From the NCBI GenBank assembly GCA_049322915.1, contig JBMOPW010000045.1, positions 116,203-180,202 on the forward strand: a DNA stretch of 64,000 nt, given 5' to 3'. A model generated the notes under the pieces. That model was given only the letters and a program-made list of their open reading frames with translations. It ran no database searches and was not told where the DNA came from. The stretch comes from Candidatus Zhuqueibacterota bacterium (GTDB lineage Bacteria; Zhuqueibacterota; Zhuqueibacteria; Thermofontimicrobiales; Thermofontimicrobiaceae). Every line of letters begins with the position of its first letter. The first letter of the stretch is position 1. Shown here in pieces: positions 39,610-49,535 of the stretch. The position numbers and the translations under genes are program-made.

Positions 39610-42600
39610 CTATCGCATTAAAATCAGTTTCCGACTCTGGACGTAAGTCCGTGGGAGCAGCGCTGCACTGTTCTCCCGGCGTGATAAAACCGGCGAGTGA
39701 TCCGTTGCCTCCAGCCGATAAAGATATATCCCACTGGAAATTCCCCGGGCATCCCAGTTACAACGATGAATTCCTGCTGTCAGGCGTTCAGTTATCAGGG
39801 ATGTCACCTCTTCGCCCATCATGTTGTAAATTGTAAGCGTGACAAAACACGGTCTCGGAAGAGCAAATTCGATGGTCGTGCTCGGGTTGAACGGATTGGG
39901 ATAGTTTTGATTCAGCGAAAACGACTCAGGAATGGGATTCATCGCCGGCTGTTCCACCTCAGTCAGGACAGCTTTGGAGAAAGGCGAGGTGCTACCCTCA
40001 GCGTTAATTGCAATGGCCGTCACATTGGAAAAAGGCCCATGAATGGAACCGTTCCAGATGAAATTGCCGGCCGGATCGGACATGGTTTCGCCCTGGAAAA
40101 TTTCACCCTCGTCCTCAGAGTCCGTGTAGATTTCGATCATGGCGTCAGCGATGGCTGTGCCTGAGACGGAAGAACCAGTGACCGACGTGATGGTCGGCGC
40201 GCTGATCACATTGGCCCCGCCTGAATCGTAGAGTATGCCGGATTGTTGATTGTGAGCGATGCTGTTATGGCTGATCCGGTTGCGGAGCGGCTCTGCGCCA
40301 TAGATACGCACCCCGGCGCCGCGATTGAACCAGATGAAATTGTTCCGGATGCAGTTATCGTACGATTCATCCGCGATGAACACGCCGTCGAATTCATTGC
40401 CCGTGAGTGGATCGATGAATTCCGGCGCCATGCCGATCCAGTTATTCTGGATGCTACTGCGGCAGGACTCTAAAATGTAAATGCCATATCTATTTCCACC
40501 GATCCGGTTATCGAACACCGCCACGCTGTCGCATTGATTTTGAATACAGATGCCGCCATAATTACCGTTGGGAATGGGCGCATCCCCCAACCGATTGAGT
40601 CCGACGATGTTGCCCAGGATGTTCACGTGATGCGAAGAATCCGAGACAAATATCCCGCCGTTGGTATTCCCGGAAATGACATTGCGGAACGTATCCATCG
40701 GCGCGATGACCACAAACTGGCTGTGATTCCCAATCCACACGCCATAGCCATTGGGCGCCGGGCTGAAACCATTGAAATCGGCCCCGATGTAGCAGCCGCG
40801 CAGGTGGCCGCCATCGACATTGTCCATGCTGACGCCGGTGCTGTAGAAATTATTGATGGTCAATCCATGAATGAAAACCATCGAACCTGTCACATTCAGG
40901 CCGGAGACGTATTGCCCTGCGTTGCTGCCGCTTATAACTATCTCCGGGCCGTGAGGATTGCAGTCCCTGCCAATAAATGCTGCCTGTGAAAAACCATTCA
41001 GAAACAAGTCATTATCTGAGATGGTTGGTAATTGACTGAGCGGAGAGATGATCCAGACACCGACATCCGCATCGTGGCCGGGGACGCCCTCGGGAATGGC
41101 GAATAAAATTGTGTCAGGGCCGATAGAGGAGTTGGCGCTGTTGATTGCGTCGCGCAATGATCCGGGGCCGGCGTCCATGCAATTGGTAACGAGCAGACTG
41201 CCTGTCGTGGGACCGCTTAAAGGATACATGATGGCGAATGTTGAGAGATGATCGGTTTCGCCCCGAATGACATTGACATCGGTATACAGATGGGTTGTGA
41301 TTTCAGCCCATTGCCCGCTGGGTTCATCGAATCGCATCAGTTTCAGGGTTGTTTCGTGATCGCCCAGACCGGCGTCGCTGTAAGTGATCTCCATGCTAAT
41401 CACACCGGAATAAGTGGCCGTTGTGCTGATGAGATAATAACCGGGATTGCCTTCCGGGATCACCACGTGATATGCCGGGGGAATTGGGCCAATGGGTTCA
41501 ATGGCGGCGTCGGTATTGCCCGGATTGATCACCTGAGCGAACATCAATTGAATCGCGCTGGTGACATCAACGATGACATTGACGCCGGCCGGCGTGTTGG
41601 TCGGCGATGTGGAAGAAATTGTGAACACAGCGTCGCTGATATCGAAGGGCTGCCCATCCGTGGCGTCCGAGACTTTGACGCAGCAATTGCTGGACGGGGT
41701 ATTCGGCACAGTCCATTGGTACGACGGCGAACCGGAGTAGGAACCGGCAATGGTCGAATATGTGGCCCCGCCATTGGTCGAGTACTCAATCTTCACCGCT
41801 CCACTGAACAGATGGGTATTCCAGACAATGTAACGCGGAGAACCCACATTCCAATTTTCACCGCCGTTGGGCACATCGAGTTTGATGTACGGATTGGAGG
41901 TAATTTCAAATGAGGCGTTGCTGACGTCGGAAATCACACTCGCCTGCAAGACGGAAAGGCGCACGAGGCAATTGGTGGACGGCTCATCCGGCAATGTCCA
42001 GGTATAAGAGCCGGCCGTGCCGTGATTGGTCTGATAGGTAACGAAGGAATAATTCGCTCCGCCATCGGTCGAGTACTCGATTTTCACATCGTAATTATCG
42101 ATCCCCTGTCCTGTCCAGGTGATGGCCTGAGGCGTGTCCGCTTCCCATTGTTCGCCGCCGTTCGGGTTGGTGACAGTGATACTCGATGTCGATGTTCCGC
42201 CCTGTCCGACAACTTCATCGATACCGACCTGTCCATCGATCAGGCCGGTCATGGCGCCCATGATTTGAATCGTGATCTCTTTCATCGTGTAGTTGGTGGG
42301 AAAAATGGAACTCGACGACCAGTCGAATGTCAGCGTGTTCCACACAGCGTTGGAGTTAAACCAGGAGCTGTATGTCAGTGGTTGATTTAAAAGCTGGTCA
42401 TTGTAAAACGTGCGGTCCTTTGCCAGATCATTGTCATACACCGTAACGATGAGGTTGGCGTACAGGGTGGAGCTGACCGTCATATTTTCGGTGAGCCTGA
42501 CCGATATGCTGGTTACGCTCTGCCAGTCGGTTTCGCCCGATAAATCCGGCGAACTGAACTTCATGATCCAGTAGGTTCCGGAGGAACCAGTAATGCCGTG

Positions 42601-42846
42601 TCCGCCGCTGGTGAAAAAGAGCAATGAACCATTGCCCGACCCGGTTGTGGGATAGTTGACCAGACTGGTCCATGACAATGTGAAATTCGATGAGTACGGA
42701 CCATTACCGCTTTCATCGTATGCCCCCTGCATGGTCCAGCCCTGTTTGGTGCCATCGTTGAAGTCAAATTCTTGCGCACCTGACTGGACTGCCAGCCCCA
42801 TTCCCATTGCCAAAATGAGAATGAGTTTTAAATGATTCATTTTCAT
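39610..42846 (-). CDS. Secreted multidomain protein: Ig-like modules, parallel beta-helix repeats, T9SS-like C-terminal domain
   Basis: Signal peptide from ATG 42846 (GAGGTGA RBS); two PNGGExW Ig-like modules; DAGPGSLRDAINSAN; NVISGN / N-I-GN beta-helix repeats; SLNQNYPNPFNPSTTIEF. Confidence 0.86.
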   Translation of the reverse strand: MKMNHLKLILILAMGMGLAVQSGAQEFDFNDGTKQGWTMQGAYDESGNGPYSSNFTLSWTSLVNYPTTGSGNGSLLFFTSGGHGITGSSGTYWIMKFSSPDLSGETDWQSVTSISVRLTENMTVSSTLYANLIVTVYDNDLAKDRTFYNDQLLNQPLTYSSWFNSNAVWNTLTFDWSSSSIFPTNYTMKEITIQIMGAMTGLIDGQVGIDEVVGQGGTSTSSITVTNPNGGEQWEADTPQAITWTGQGIDNYDVKIEYSTDGGANYSFVTYQTNHGTAGSYTWTLPDEPSTNCLVRLSVLQASVISDVSNASFEITSNPYIKLDVPNGGENWNVGSPRYIVWNTHLFSGAVKIEYSTNGGATYSTIAGSYSGSPSYQWTVPNTPSSNCCVKVSDATDGQPFDISDAVFTISSTSPTNTPAGVNVIVDVTSAIQLMFAQVINPGNTDAAIEPIGPIPPAYHVVIPEGNPGYYLISTTATYSGVISMEITYSDAGLGDHETTLKLMRFDEPSGQWAEITTHLYTDVNVIRGETDHLSTFAIMYPLSGPTTGSLLVTNCMDAGPGSLRDAINSANSSIGPDTILFAIPEGVPGHDADVGVWIISPLSQLPTISDNDLFLNGFSQAAFIGRDCNPHGPEIVISGSNAGQYVSGLNVTGSMVFIHGLTINNFYSTGVSMDNVDGGHLRGCYIGADFNGFSPAPNGYGVWIGNHSQFVVIAPMDTFRNVISGNTNGGIFVSDSSHHVNILGNIVGLNRLGDAPIPNGNYGGICIQNQCDSVAVFDNRIGGNRYGIYILESCRSSIQNNWIGMAPEFIDPLTGNEFDGVFIADESYDNCIRNNFIWFNRGAGVRIYGAEPLRNRISHNSIAHNQQSGILYDSGGANVISAPTITSVTGSSVSGTAIADAMIEIYTDSEDEGEIFQGETMSDPAGNFIWNGSIHGPFSNVTAIAINAEGSTSPFSKAVLTEVEQPAMNPIPESFSLNQNYPNPFNPSTTIEFALPRPCFVTLTIYNMMGEEVTSLITERLTAGIHRCNWDARGISSGIYLYRLEATDHSPVLSRRENSAALLPRTYVQSRKLILMR

Positions 42847-43333
42847 AGCATCACCTCGTATTGTTGAACATGATTTCGATTGATTTGTCAATCATCGGTT
42901 TTTCTACTATTCCATTTTTACTAATTTCTGAAAAATCAACCCGCTCCAATTCCATGGATTGAAGCATTGCTCATCCATTCATTGTCGAAAGGTGTGTCTG
43001 AGGTCCCGGCGATGTGCGCCGATCGAATCCTTTCCCAACGCCCGGATCAGGAGGACGCGCCGTCGTTGCTTTTTTTGTGCTGCGCCGTTGTTTGGGACAG
43101 GGATTCACAGCACACGCGAATTTCCCCTGATGGCAGAAGGATATGATGAAGCATTTTCATGTTGATCCATTCCTTGAGAATCGTTTCATTCAGCCCGGTG
43201 AGACGCGCCGCGCATGGCATGGTGATCATGTTGCTGCACTGGCAGATAAATTGAAATTTACTTGTTCAGGTCAGGGCTCGCCGAAATGTCTGGCTGAGAC
43301 GATTGCCGATTTTGGCCAGCATCAGGATAATTC

Positions 43334-43395
43334 TTGCATAATATAAAAAAAATGATTATGATAGTCTTGACAAAAGTATGAAAAATTCTTGAAAT
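43334..43395 (+). promoter_or_regulatory. Candidate tandem sigma70 promoters for the wHTH-TPR regulator
   Basis: TTGCAT-17-TATGAT (43334-43362) and TTGACA-17-TGAAAT (43367-43395). Confidence 0.5.
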
Positions 43396-43409
43396 TTGCA
43401 TGAGGCCTT

Positions 43410-45362
43410 ATGTTCGAAGAGGAGAGATTGATTTTTCACTTTGCAGATTTCATGTTGGATGTTGCAGATCATCGGCTGACGCAGGGTGATAAGGAAATTT
43501 ATCTCCGGCCAAAATCATTCGAGACCCTCGTTTACCTCATCGCCCGCCACGGGCATCTGGTCGATAAAAATGAACTGCTCGATGAAATTTGGTCGGGCAC
43601 TATTGTGACTGAAGCGACGCTATCTCACTGCATCGAAGAGATTCGGCGCGCCCTGGCCGACGACGCCTACCATCCCCGCTTCCTCAAAACCGTCCCAAAA
43701 ATCGGCTATAAATTCATCGGAAAAGTCGATAACCTGCCGACTGAGACGGATGAGGAAATAACCGAGCATTATTCAGAAGTCAGAATTCGGCTCACCGAAG
43801 AAAAACTTACTGAAGATTCCGAACCGTCTGCCAGCGAAACCACAACGCCGGAACATCACAACGCCTTGCCCATCAGCCTGCCCCGATATGCATTCTTACC
43901 GAAAATAGTGGGAGTCGTCTCGATCATCATCCTCTTATTTCTGGTCATTCGCCATGTATTCATGGAATCGGATCACAACATCCATTCATTGGCGGTGCTG
44001 CCGTTTGTCAATATCAATGCCGACCCGGAGCAGGATTATTTTGTTGATGGAATGACGGAGGAATTGATCACCGAACTGGCGAACATCAGCGCTCTCCGCG
44101 TGATCTCCCGGACTTCGATCATGCGTTTCAAAGGGGCGGAAGAATCGCTGCCCGAAATTGCTGCCCGGCTGGGCGTTGACGCGGTTGTTGAAGGATCAGT
44201 GCTCCATAGCGGCAACAAAGTCCGGGTGAATGCGCAGCTCATTCACGCCCGAACGGATCAACATCTCTGGGCGGAACGGTACGAGTGCGATTTGAGCAAT
44301 GTCATTGGATTACAGGGGGAGATTGCCAGGTCCATTGCGCAGACTATCAAAACCCGGCTGACGCCGGAGGATGTTGACCGGCTAAAAAAGAAGCAATCAA
44401 TTTCACCTGAAGCGCATCGTGACTTTCTCAAGGGGCGCTATTTCTGGAACAAAAGGACCGAGGATGGATTTCTGAAAGCGATCGTGTATTTCAACCAGGC
44501 GATCGAATTGAATCCTGTGTATGCTCAGGCTTACGCCGGCCTGGCGAACTGCTACAATCTGCTCTATGATTACGATTTGATCCGGCCCGGGGATGTGGCG
44601 CAAAAAGCCAGAGCCGCCGCGATAAAAGCGATCGAGATTGATACGATGTTTTCCGAAGGGTATGCATCATTGGCGTTCGTCTCATCCCGATATGATTGGG
44701 ACTGGCAGGGCGCCGAAGCGAATTTCAAACGCGCCATTCAATTGAACGAAAACGATGTCCTCGCTCATCACTGGTATGCCCTGCACTTAGCCATGCTCAA
44801 GCGATTCGATGAGGCATTCGCTGAAATCACAAAGGCGCAGGAATTGGATCCGCTCTCACTCATCGTTTCAACTAATGTTGGCTGGATTTTGTATTTTGCC
44901 GGTCGATACGACGAAGCAGAGCAGCAGATCAACAAAGTGTTGGACATGGATCCTAATTTCCTGTCCGCTCGTGTGAAACTTGGCTGGATATACGAGCAAA
45001 CCGGAGAGTATTCGCTCGCACAGGCTGAGTATCAAAAGGCGTTACAGCTTACGCCTGATGACACCAATGTGCTGAGCCTGTTGGGCAATAGCTATGCGCT
45101 CTCCGGCAATCGAAGCGAAGCTCAAAAAGTAGTTGACGAATTGATCCGCCGATCGCACCAACGCTATATTTCTTCCTATTGGATTGCTATTATGTACACC
45201 TGTCTGGGAGAAAAAGACGAGGCGTTCGCCTGGCTCAATCAGGCATGCAGAGAAAGGAGTAGCGGCCTTATTTGGCTGAATGCCGATCCCAAATTGCTTC
45301 TGCTTCGGAATGACCCGCGGTTTTCTCAATTGATGCTCCGGATTGGATTTGCAGGAAAATGA
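43410..45362 (+). CDS. ToxR/CadC-like winged-helix regulator with a TM segment, TolB-N-like domain and TPRs
   Basis: LRPKSFETLVYL...IEEIRRAL...LKTVPKIGYKF (OmpR-type wHTH); one TM; SLAVLPFVN...YFVDGMTEELIT; C-terminal TPRs. Confidence 0.9.
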   Translation: MFEEERLIFHFADFMLDVADHRLTQGDKEIYLRPKSFETLVYLIARHGHLVDKNELLDEIWSGTIVTEATLSHCIEEIRRALADDAYHPRFLKTVPKIGYKFIGKVDNLPTETDEEITEHYSEVRIRLTEEKLTEDSEPSASETTTPEHHNALPISLPRYAFLPKIVGVVSIIILLFLVIRHVFMESDHNIHSLAVLPFVNINADPEQDYFVDGMTEELITELANISALRVISRTSIMRFKGAEESLPEIAARLGVDAVVEGSVLHSGNKVRVNAQLIHARTDQHLWAERYECDLSNVIGLQGEIARSIAQTIKTRLTPEDVDRLKKKQSISPEAHRDFLKGRYFWNKRTEDGFLKAIVYFNQAIELNPVYAQAYAGLANCYNLLYDYDLIRPGDVAQKARAAAIKAIEIDTMFSEGYASLAFVSSRYDWDWQGAEANFKRAIQLNENDVLAHHWYALHLAMLKRFDEAFAEITKAQELDPLSLIVSTNVGWILYFAGRYDEAEQQINKVLDMDPNFLSARVKLGWIYEQTGEYSLAQAEYQKALQLTPDDTNVLSLLGNSYALSGNRSEAQKVVDELIRRSHQRYISSYWIAIMYTCLGEKDEAFAWLNQACRERSSGLIWLNADPKLLLLRNDPRFSQLMLRIGFAGK

Positions 45363-45470
45363 AGCAGCAGCGCCTGGCGAATGGCAATTCACAAGTCAGA
45401 ATTGCCCGTGTTCCGACAAACGGAAAAGAGAGAAAATATCCGGCCGATTCACATTAACTCGGAGGAAATG

Positions 45471-46484
45471 ATGGAATCACATCTCATCGAAAATATTACC
45501 TGGTTCACAGATCAGGCGGCCGGAGAGGCCGGCGAACCGGGCATTCACCACTCTTACATGAAAAGCGTCGCAACGGCTCTGAATTACCTCGATGAAAAGT
45601 TCGATCCGGTGTGGTTGATGGGCAGCAGCGGATTTGCATTCAGGATTTTCATCAATGTAAATCTGTGCCCGAGCGCCATGAGTATTTTTGATTTTTCAGC
45701 CATATTGCCGGAAGTGATTGAACAATCGGGGTACAGGGCCGCCTATTTCGGCCGTTACTGGAATGATGAGGCCCACGAAAAAATCAGGCGGGACCAGGCC
45801 CATGAAGCAATCCTCGCCGGCATTGACAGAAACGTGCCTGCCGTGGTCTGGGATATTTACGACGCAGAATGGGGGTTGATAACCGGCTACAATGCCAGAG
45901 GAAAATTCTATCACACGTTGACGCATCGCGGTGAAAAATCAACGTTGCCTTTTGCACGATTGGGTCGCAATGGCATCGACATTCTCTCTGTTGCCATCGC
46001 CGGCGAACCGAATCAAAAGACTCGGGACGAGATCGTTTTTAACGCACTCAAAGCAGCGGTTTGTCATGCTGAGCAGGGAGAATGGACTGAGAGAGGGCGG
46101 TATCAGAATGGATTGGCAGCGTATGAAATGTGGTCTGCATTTTATGAAAAGGCGGCGATGATTATCAACGCGGGCAAAGGCGCAAATATCAAACAGGATG
46201 TTTGGGATCACGCTGCCTACCACGCGAGTCATCATTACTCCGCCCGATGCTACGCCCGGGACTTTTTGAAAATGATCGCCCCTGGGAATGACGCTCTGGC
46301 AGCGGCGGCCTCATTGTATGAAACTGCGGCGTCATTGCTCAAACTGGTCTGGTATGCCATGGTGATCAACAGGAATCTGAACGCCGATACGCTGAATTTT
46401 CTGGCGCAACAAATACGCGAGGCAAAGCAGGCTGAGGAAAAAGGCATTCGACAGATAAATGCCTATCTGAAAATATCCACGTGA
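45471..46484 (+). CDS. Hypothetical protein
   Basis: Long ORF; GGAGG at 45461 favours a start at 45468/45471. No motif confidently recognised. Confidence 0.7.
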   Translation: MESHLIENITWFTDQAAGEAGEPGIHHSYMKSVATALNYLDEKFDPVWLMGSSGFAFRIFINVNLCPSAMSIFDFSAILPEVIEQSGYRAAYFGRYWNDEAHEKIRRDQAHEAILAGIDRNVPAVVWDIYDAEWGLITGYNARGKFYHTLTHRGEKSTLPFARLGRNGIDILSVAIAGEPNQKTRDEIVFNALKAAVCHAEQGEWTERGRYQNGLAAYEMWSAFYEKAAMIINAGKGANIKQDVWDHAAYHASHHYSARCYARDFLKMIAPGNDALAAAASLYETAASLLKLVWYAMVINRNLNADTLNFLAQQIREAKQAEEKGIRQINAYLKIST

Positions 46485-46604
46485 CCACTGACGGCAGGAA
46501 TGAGCAGGTCCGAAGGCAATTTTTTAACTGAATTTATAAATTGAAATTCTGCAAATTCCACCGAAACTCAGCCTGCCCATTCTGCTCCAGGCAATTCGGT
46601 TTCA

Positions 46605-47291
46605 CTATTTTTTAAGTATCTTCTCCGTCTCGATCTGCTTGAAAATATCGTGCATGAATTGGACGTACAGCTCTTCCTTTTTGCGTTGCTCCGGATGGAA
46701 TGGATAAATGAAAATGAGCAAGGACTGGACCCATTTGGTCAACGAAGCGCTGCGGGAATAGGTTTTGAGAAGCCGACCCTGGGTATTGTAGATCTCAGCG
46801 GTGGCGGAATAGGAGTAACTGTACGGTATCGGCAGCAGCGTCAGGCTGACGCTTGAACCAATGGTGCCCAGAAACGTCTTGGCGAAGGATTTCTGCCGCA
46901 TGAACTGGACTTTTATTATGAAGTCGTGCTGCTGCATGAGACTATCTTTGAGCACACGCCGGGCTGGATCATTGACGTCAGCAGCATAATCGGTGAATGT
47001 AGAATACTGTTGAACATTGCTGAACTCCTTCAATGCATCCTGGAAGAAATCCTCAAAGCCGCGGATCCGTTCGTACTGATTGTCCAGTTTCGGTATCGCA
47101 TCCAGCCCTTTAGTCTGCCGATAGTGGCTGAAAATGAATAATGCACTGACGCGATCCGCTTCGTAGTTTTTTTCCGGAGCCGAGACGAGCGTTCCTTTCA
47201 TGTCTGATTTGAATGTCGCACAACCTGTTATCAGTTGAGCAACAATTAACAAAAAGGCGATCAGGAATAATTGATTAAATTTCATACGCAT
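46605..47291 (-). CDS. Hypothetical lipoprotein
   Basis: Signal peptide ending in lipobox LITG-C; AAGGAG RBS. Confidence 0.75.
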   Translation of the reverse strand: MRMKFNQLFLIAFLLIVAQLITGCATFKSDMKGTLVSAPEKNYEADRVSALFIFSHYRQTKGLDAIPKLDNQYERIRGFEDFFQDALKEFSNVQQYSTFTDYAADVNDPARRVLKDSLMQQHDFIIKVQFMRQKSFAKTFLGTIGSSVSLTLLPIPYSYSYSATAEIYNTQGRLLKTYSRSASLTKWVQSLLIFIYPFHPEQRKKEELYVQFMHDIFKQIETEKILKK

Positions 47292-47357
47292 TTCTCCTTG
47301 CTAATGGTTAGTCGTATCATTGGTTCAAATCCTTTGTTCCAATTTTTATTTGATATT

Positions 47358-48653
47358 CTACAGGACAATTTTTTCCGGCCATGGTTTTTGTTTGGAAGTT
47401 CCCCACAAGTTGCTGATGTAATCGATAGAGAAAAAATCTTCGAACGCATGGAGCCAATAATTGCCTTTGTCCGAAAGAACGATCTGATCTCCATCATCCT
47501 CTAAAAATCCCAGCAGAGCGAAAGGTTTCAAATATTTCCCATAGACGTTATCGAAGTCCTTTCCGAACCGTTTGTAAAAATCATGCTTCGTGAATCTCGT
47601 TTCATAGATTCTCCAGTAAAGCCAACCCGCCATTTGCATTTCCTCCGGCAGATTAAGCGATAATGCTGTGGCCATTTTCCCGCACTCCAGCGCATTAATA
47701 TACTCAGCGACGTTAAACGTATTGAGATAGAAAATGTCCTCCAGGTAAGAACCACCACTTACCCCCAGTCCGATGTAGAGCGGCACAGTAACCGAACAGT
47801 ATTTTGGTATGCCTCGCTGGGTGAATGCCCATACGGATGTCCTCTCAAATCCGGCACTGTAAAAAATGTCCTCCAAAATGCTGAGCATTTTTTTTCTCTT
47901 CAATAGTGTTGATTTTTTATAGCCGTTTTCATTAACAGCACTCCCCATTTTAGTATAAGGGAACCTGAACAGAGGATAAGCGGCGACCTGATTTACCCCC
48001 ATCTCAACCAGGGTTTTTCCTGCCTGGGCTACCTCGTCATACGTCTGGTTGGGTAATGCAAAAATGAGATCAGCATTTACGCATTTAAAGCCCATCTTTA
48101 CAGACTGATTGATTGCCGATTTCACTTCGTTTGTGGTATATGGCCTTTTCAAAAAGCTCAAATGCCTGTCCTGCAAAGCTTCGATGCCAACACTCAGGTT
48201 TGTCACACCCAGAGATTTAAGCGTCTGAAGATTATTCGAATTCAAATGATTGGGGTGGCTCTCGATATGTATTTCACAGTGCATATTAAAGGTGCTGAAA
48301 ATATGAGATAAAATATCTTCAAGGCCGCAATGAAGCATCGTGGTTGGAGTTCCGCCGCCGATATAAAACGACGTTACTGGTCTGTCACCGACTATTCCTG
48401 AATAAAAATCGATCTCTTTTTTGACAGCCAAGGCATAACTTTTTGCCACAGTTGGCTGAAATATCTCTTTGTTATAAGGGCAGTAAGGGCATATTTGTTC
48501 ACAAAACGGGATGTGAAGGTAGATTCCTAACTCCTTTATCGTCCTAAATTTTTGTCGAAGCACGTCGGGTGAGGGGACATCGGCTTGTAAGGCAATCTCT
48601 TTTTCACCAGTGAAAAATCGACTCAGCTTTTTTCTGATGTAACTCTCAAGCAT
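47358..48653 (-). CDS. HemN/HemW-like (class C) radical SAM enzyme
   Basis: YLHIPFCEQICPYC (CxxxCxxC), YIGGGTPT, DLIFALPNQT and YIGLGVSG. Confidence 0.9.
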   Translation of the reverse strand: MLESYIRKKLSRFFTGEKEIALQADVPSPDVLRQKFRTIKELGIYLHIPFCEQICPYCPYNKEIFQPTVAKSYALAVKKEIDFYSGIVGDRPVTSFYIGGGTPTTMLHCGLEDILSHIFSTFNMHCEIHIESHPNHLNSNNLQTLKSLGVTNLSVGIEALQDRHLSFLKRPYTTNEVKSAINQSVKMGFKCVNADLIFALPNQTYDEVAQAGKTLVEMGVNQVAAYPLFRFPYTKMGSAVNENGYKKSTLLKRKKMLSILEDIFYSAGFERTSVWAFTQRGIPKYCSVTVPLYIGLGVSGGSYLEDIFYLNTFNVAEYINALECGKMATALSLNLPEEMQMAGWLYWRIYETRFTKHDFYKRFGKDFDNVYGKYLKPFALLGFLEDDGDQIVLSDKGNYWLHAFEDFFSIDYISNLWGTSKQKPWPEKIVL

Positions 48654-48678
48654 AATGGACTCCTATCAAGATACTTTT

Positions 48679-49257
48679 TTAAGAGGATTCGACACACGTT
48701 TCTTCGATGTATTTTTTAAACTCTCTTAAAAATTCATTGGCTTTTTTCCTGGCCGTGGCTATGTAGCTGTTTTTTAGCAGGCCAGGTTTCACCGTACACT
48801 CCTGAAAATATTCCACCTGATAGCCATCCTGTCCTCTTTTTATCTGATAATAACCTGAAGAAGAGAGTAATTGGGGCATAAGGCTGATGTTATTCTCGCT
48901 GCTAATCATCTCAAATATTACTTTCTGTTCTTCGCTGTTCAGTGTTCTTCGCCAGGTTGACTTATTTTCGAAGATTACGAATATTCGGTACGTATAGGTC
49001 ACTTCGTAGCTGTTGTCTCCACTTCGAACCCATTCGATGGATGATGCACCTATTGCATATTCAGAGAGATGCTCAAAATTATAGATCACATCGATGAGAC
49101 AATCACACGTCGCTCGTACGATAAAACTGCCACGGAACGAATAGCGATTACCATCCTGAATGAACTCACAATTCAGATTGTCGTGCTGGCTATCAGAAAA
49201 TACAAAAGATAAACTCAGCAGCGCAAGCAAAAGTCCATTAATGAATTTCTTCTTCAT
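48679..49257 (-). CDS. Hypothetical exported protein, possibly START/SRPBCC fold
   Basis: Signal peptide from MKKKF at 49257; DVIYNFEHLSEY and SSGYYQI patterns resemble SRPBCC proteins (fold call is tentative). Confidence 0.6.
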   Translation of the reverse strand: MKKKFINGLLLALLSLSFVFSDSQHDNLNCEFIQDGNRYSFRGSFIVRATCDCLIDVIYNFEHLSEYAIGASSIEWVRSGDNSYEVTYTYRIFVIFENKSTWRRTLNSEEQKVIFEMISSENNISLMPQLLSSSGYYQIKRGQDGYQVEYFQECTVKPGLLKNSYIATARKKANEFLREFKKYIEETCVESS

Positions 49258-49315
49258 ATTAAAAATAATTGAGTGCATTTCAGATGGCTGATAGTTACAA
49301 TGTCAACGTTTCGTT

Positions 49316-49512
49316 GTAATTACTCAGGTTCCAGGTTTCAAGGTTCCCGGTTCCAGGTTAAAAAAAATTTTTCGTCGCTATTCAGGCATGTAGTCTCGCT
49401 GCGAAGTCACCAAGCCACAAAGCAGTTACGAATATTCAATTACCAAAAAGGCATAATGAGATGATTCTAACCCTGAACCCTGAACGCTGAACCAGCCAAC
49501 CTGAGTAGATAC
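49316..49512. mobile_element. MITE-like element with terminal inverted repeats and inverted heptamer arms
   Basis: GTAATTACTCAGGTT (49316-49330) matches AACCTGAGTAGATAC (49498-49512) at 13/15 positions as an inverted repeat. The arms continue as (nnnGGTT)n and (AACnnnn)n heptamers. Confidence 0.6.
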
Positions 49513-49535
49513 AAAAATATTATCTAAAATACACC

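Noticed and set aside
47315..47340. GGTTCAAATCC resembling a tRNA T-arm
   Set aside because: No cloverleaf can be built; it is a short AT-rich gap between two genes.
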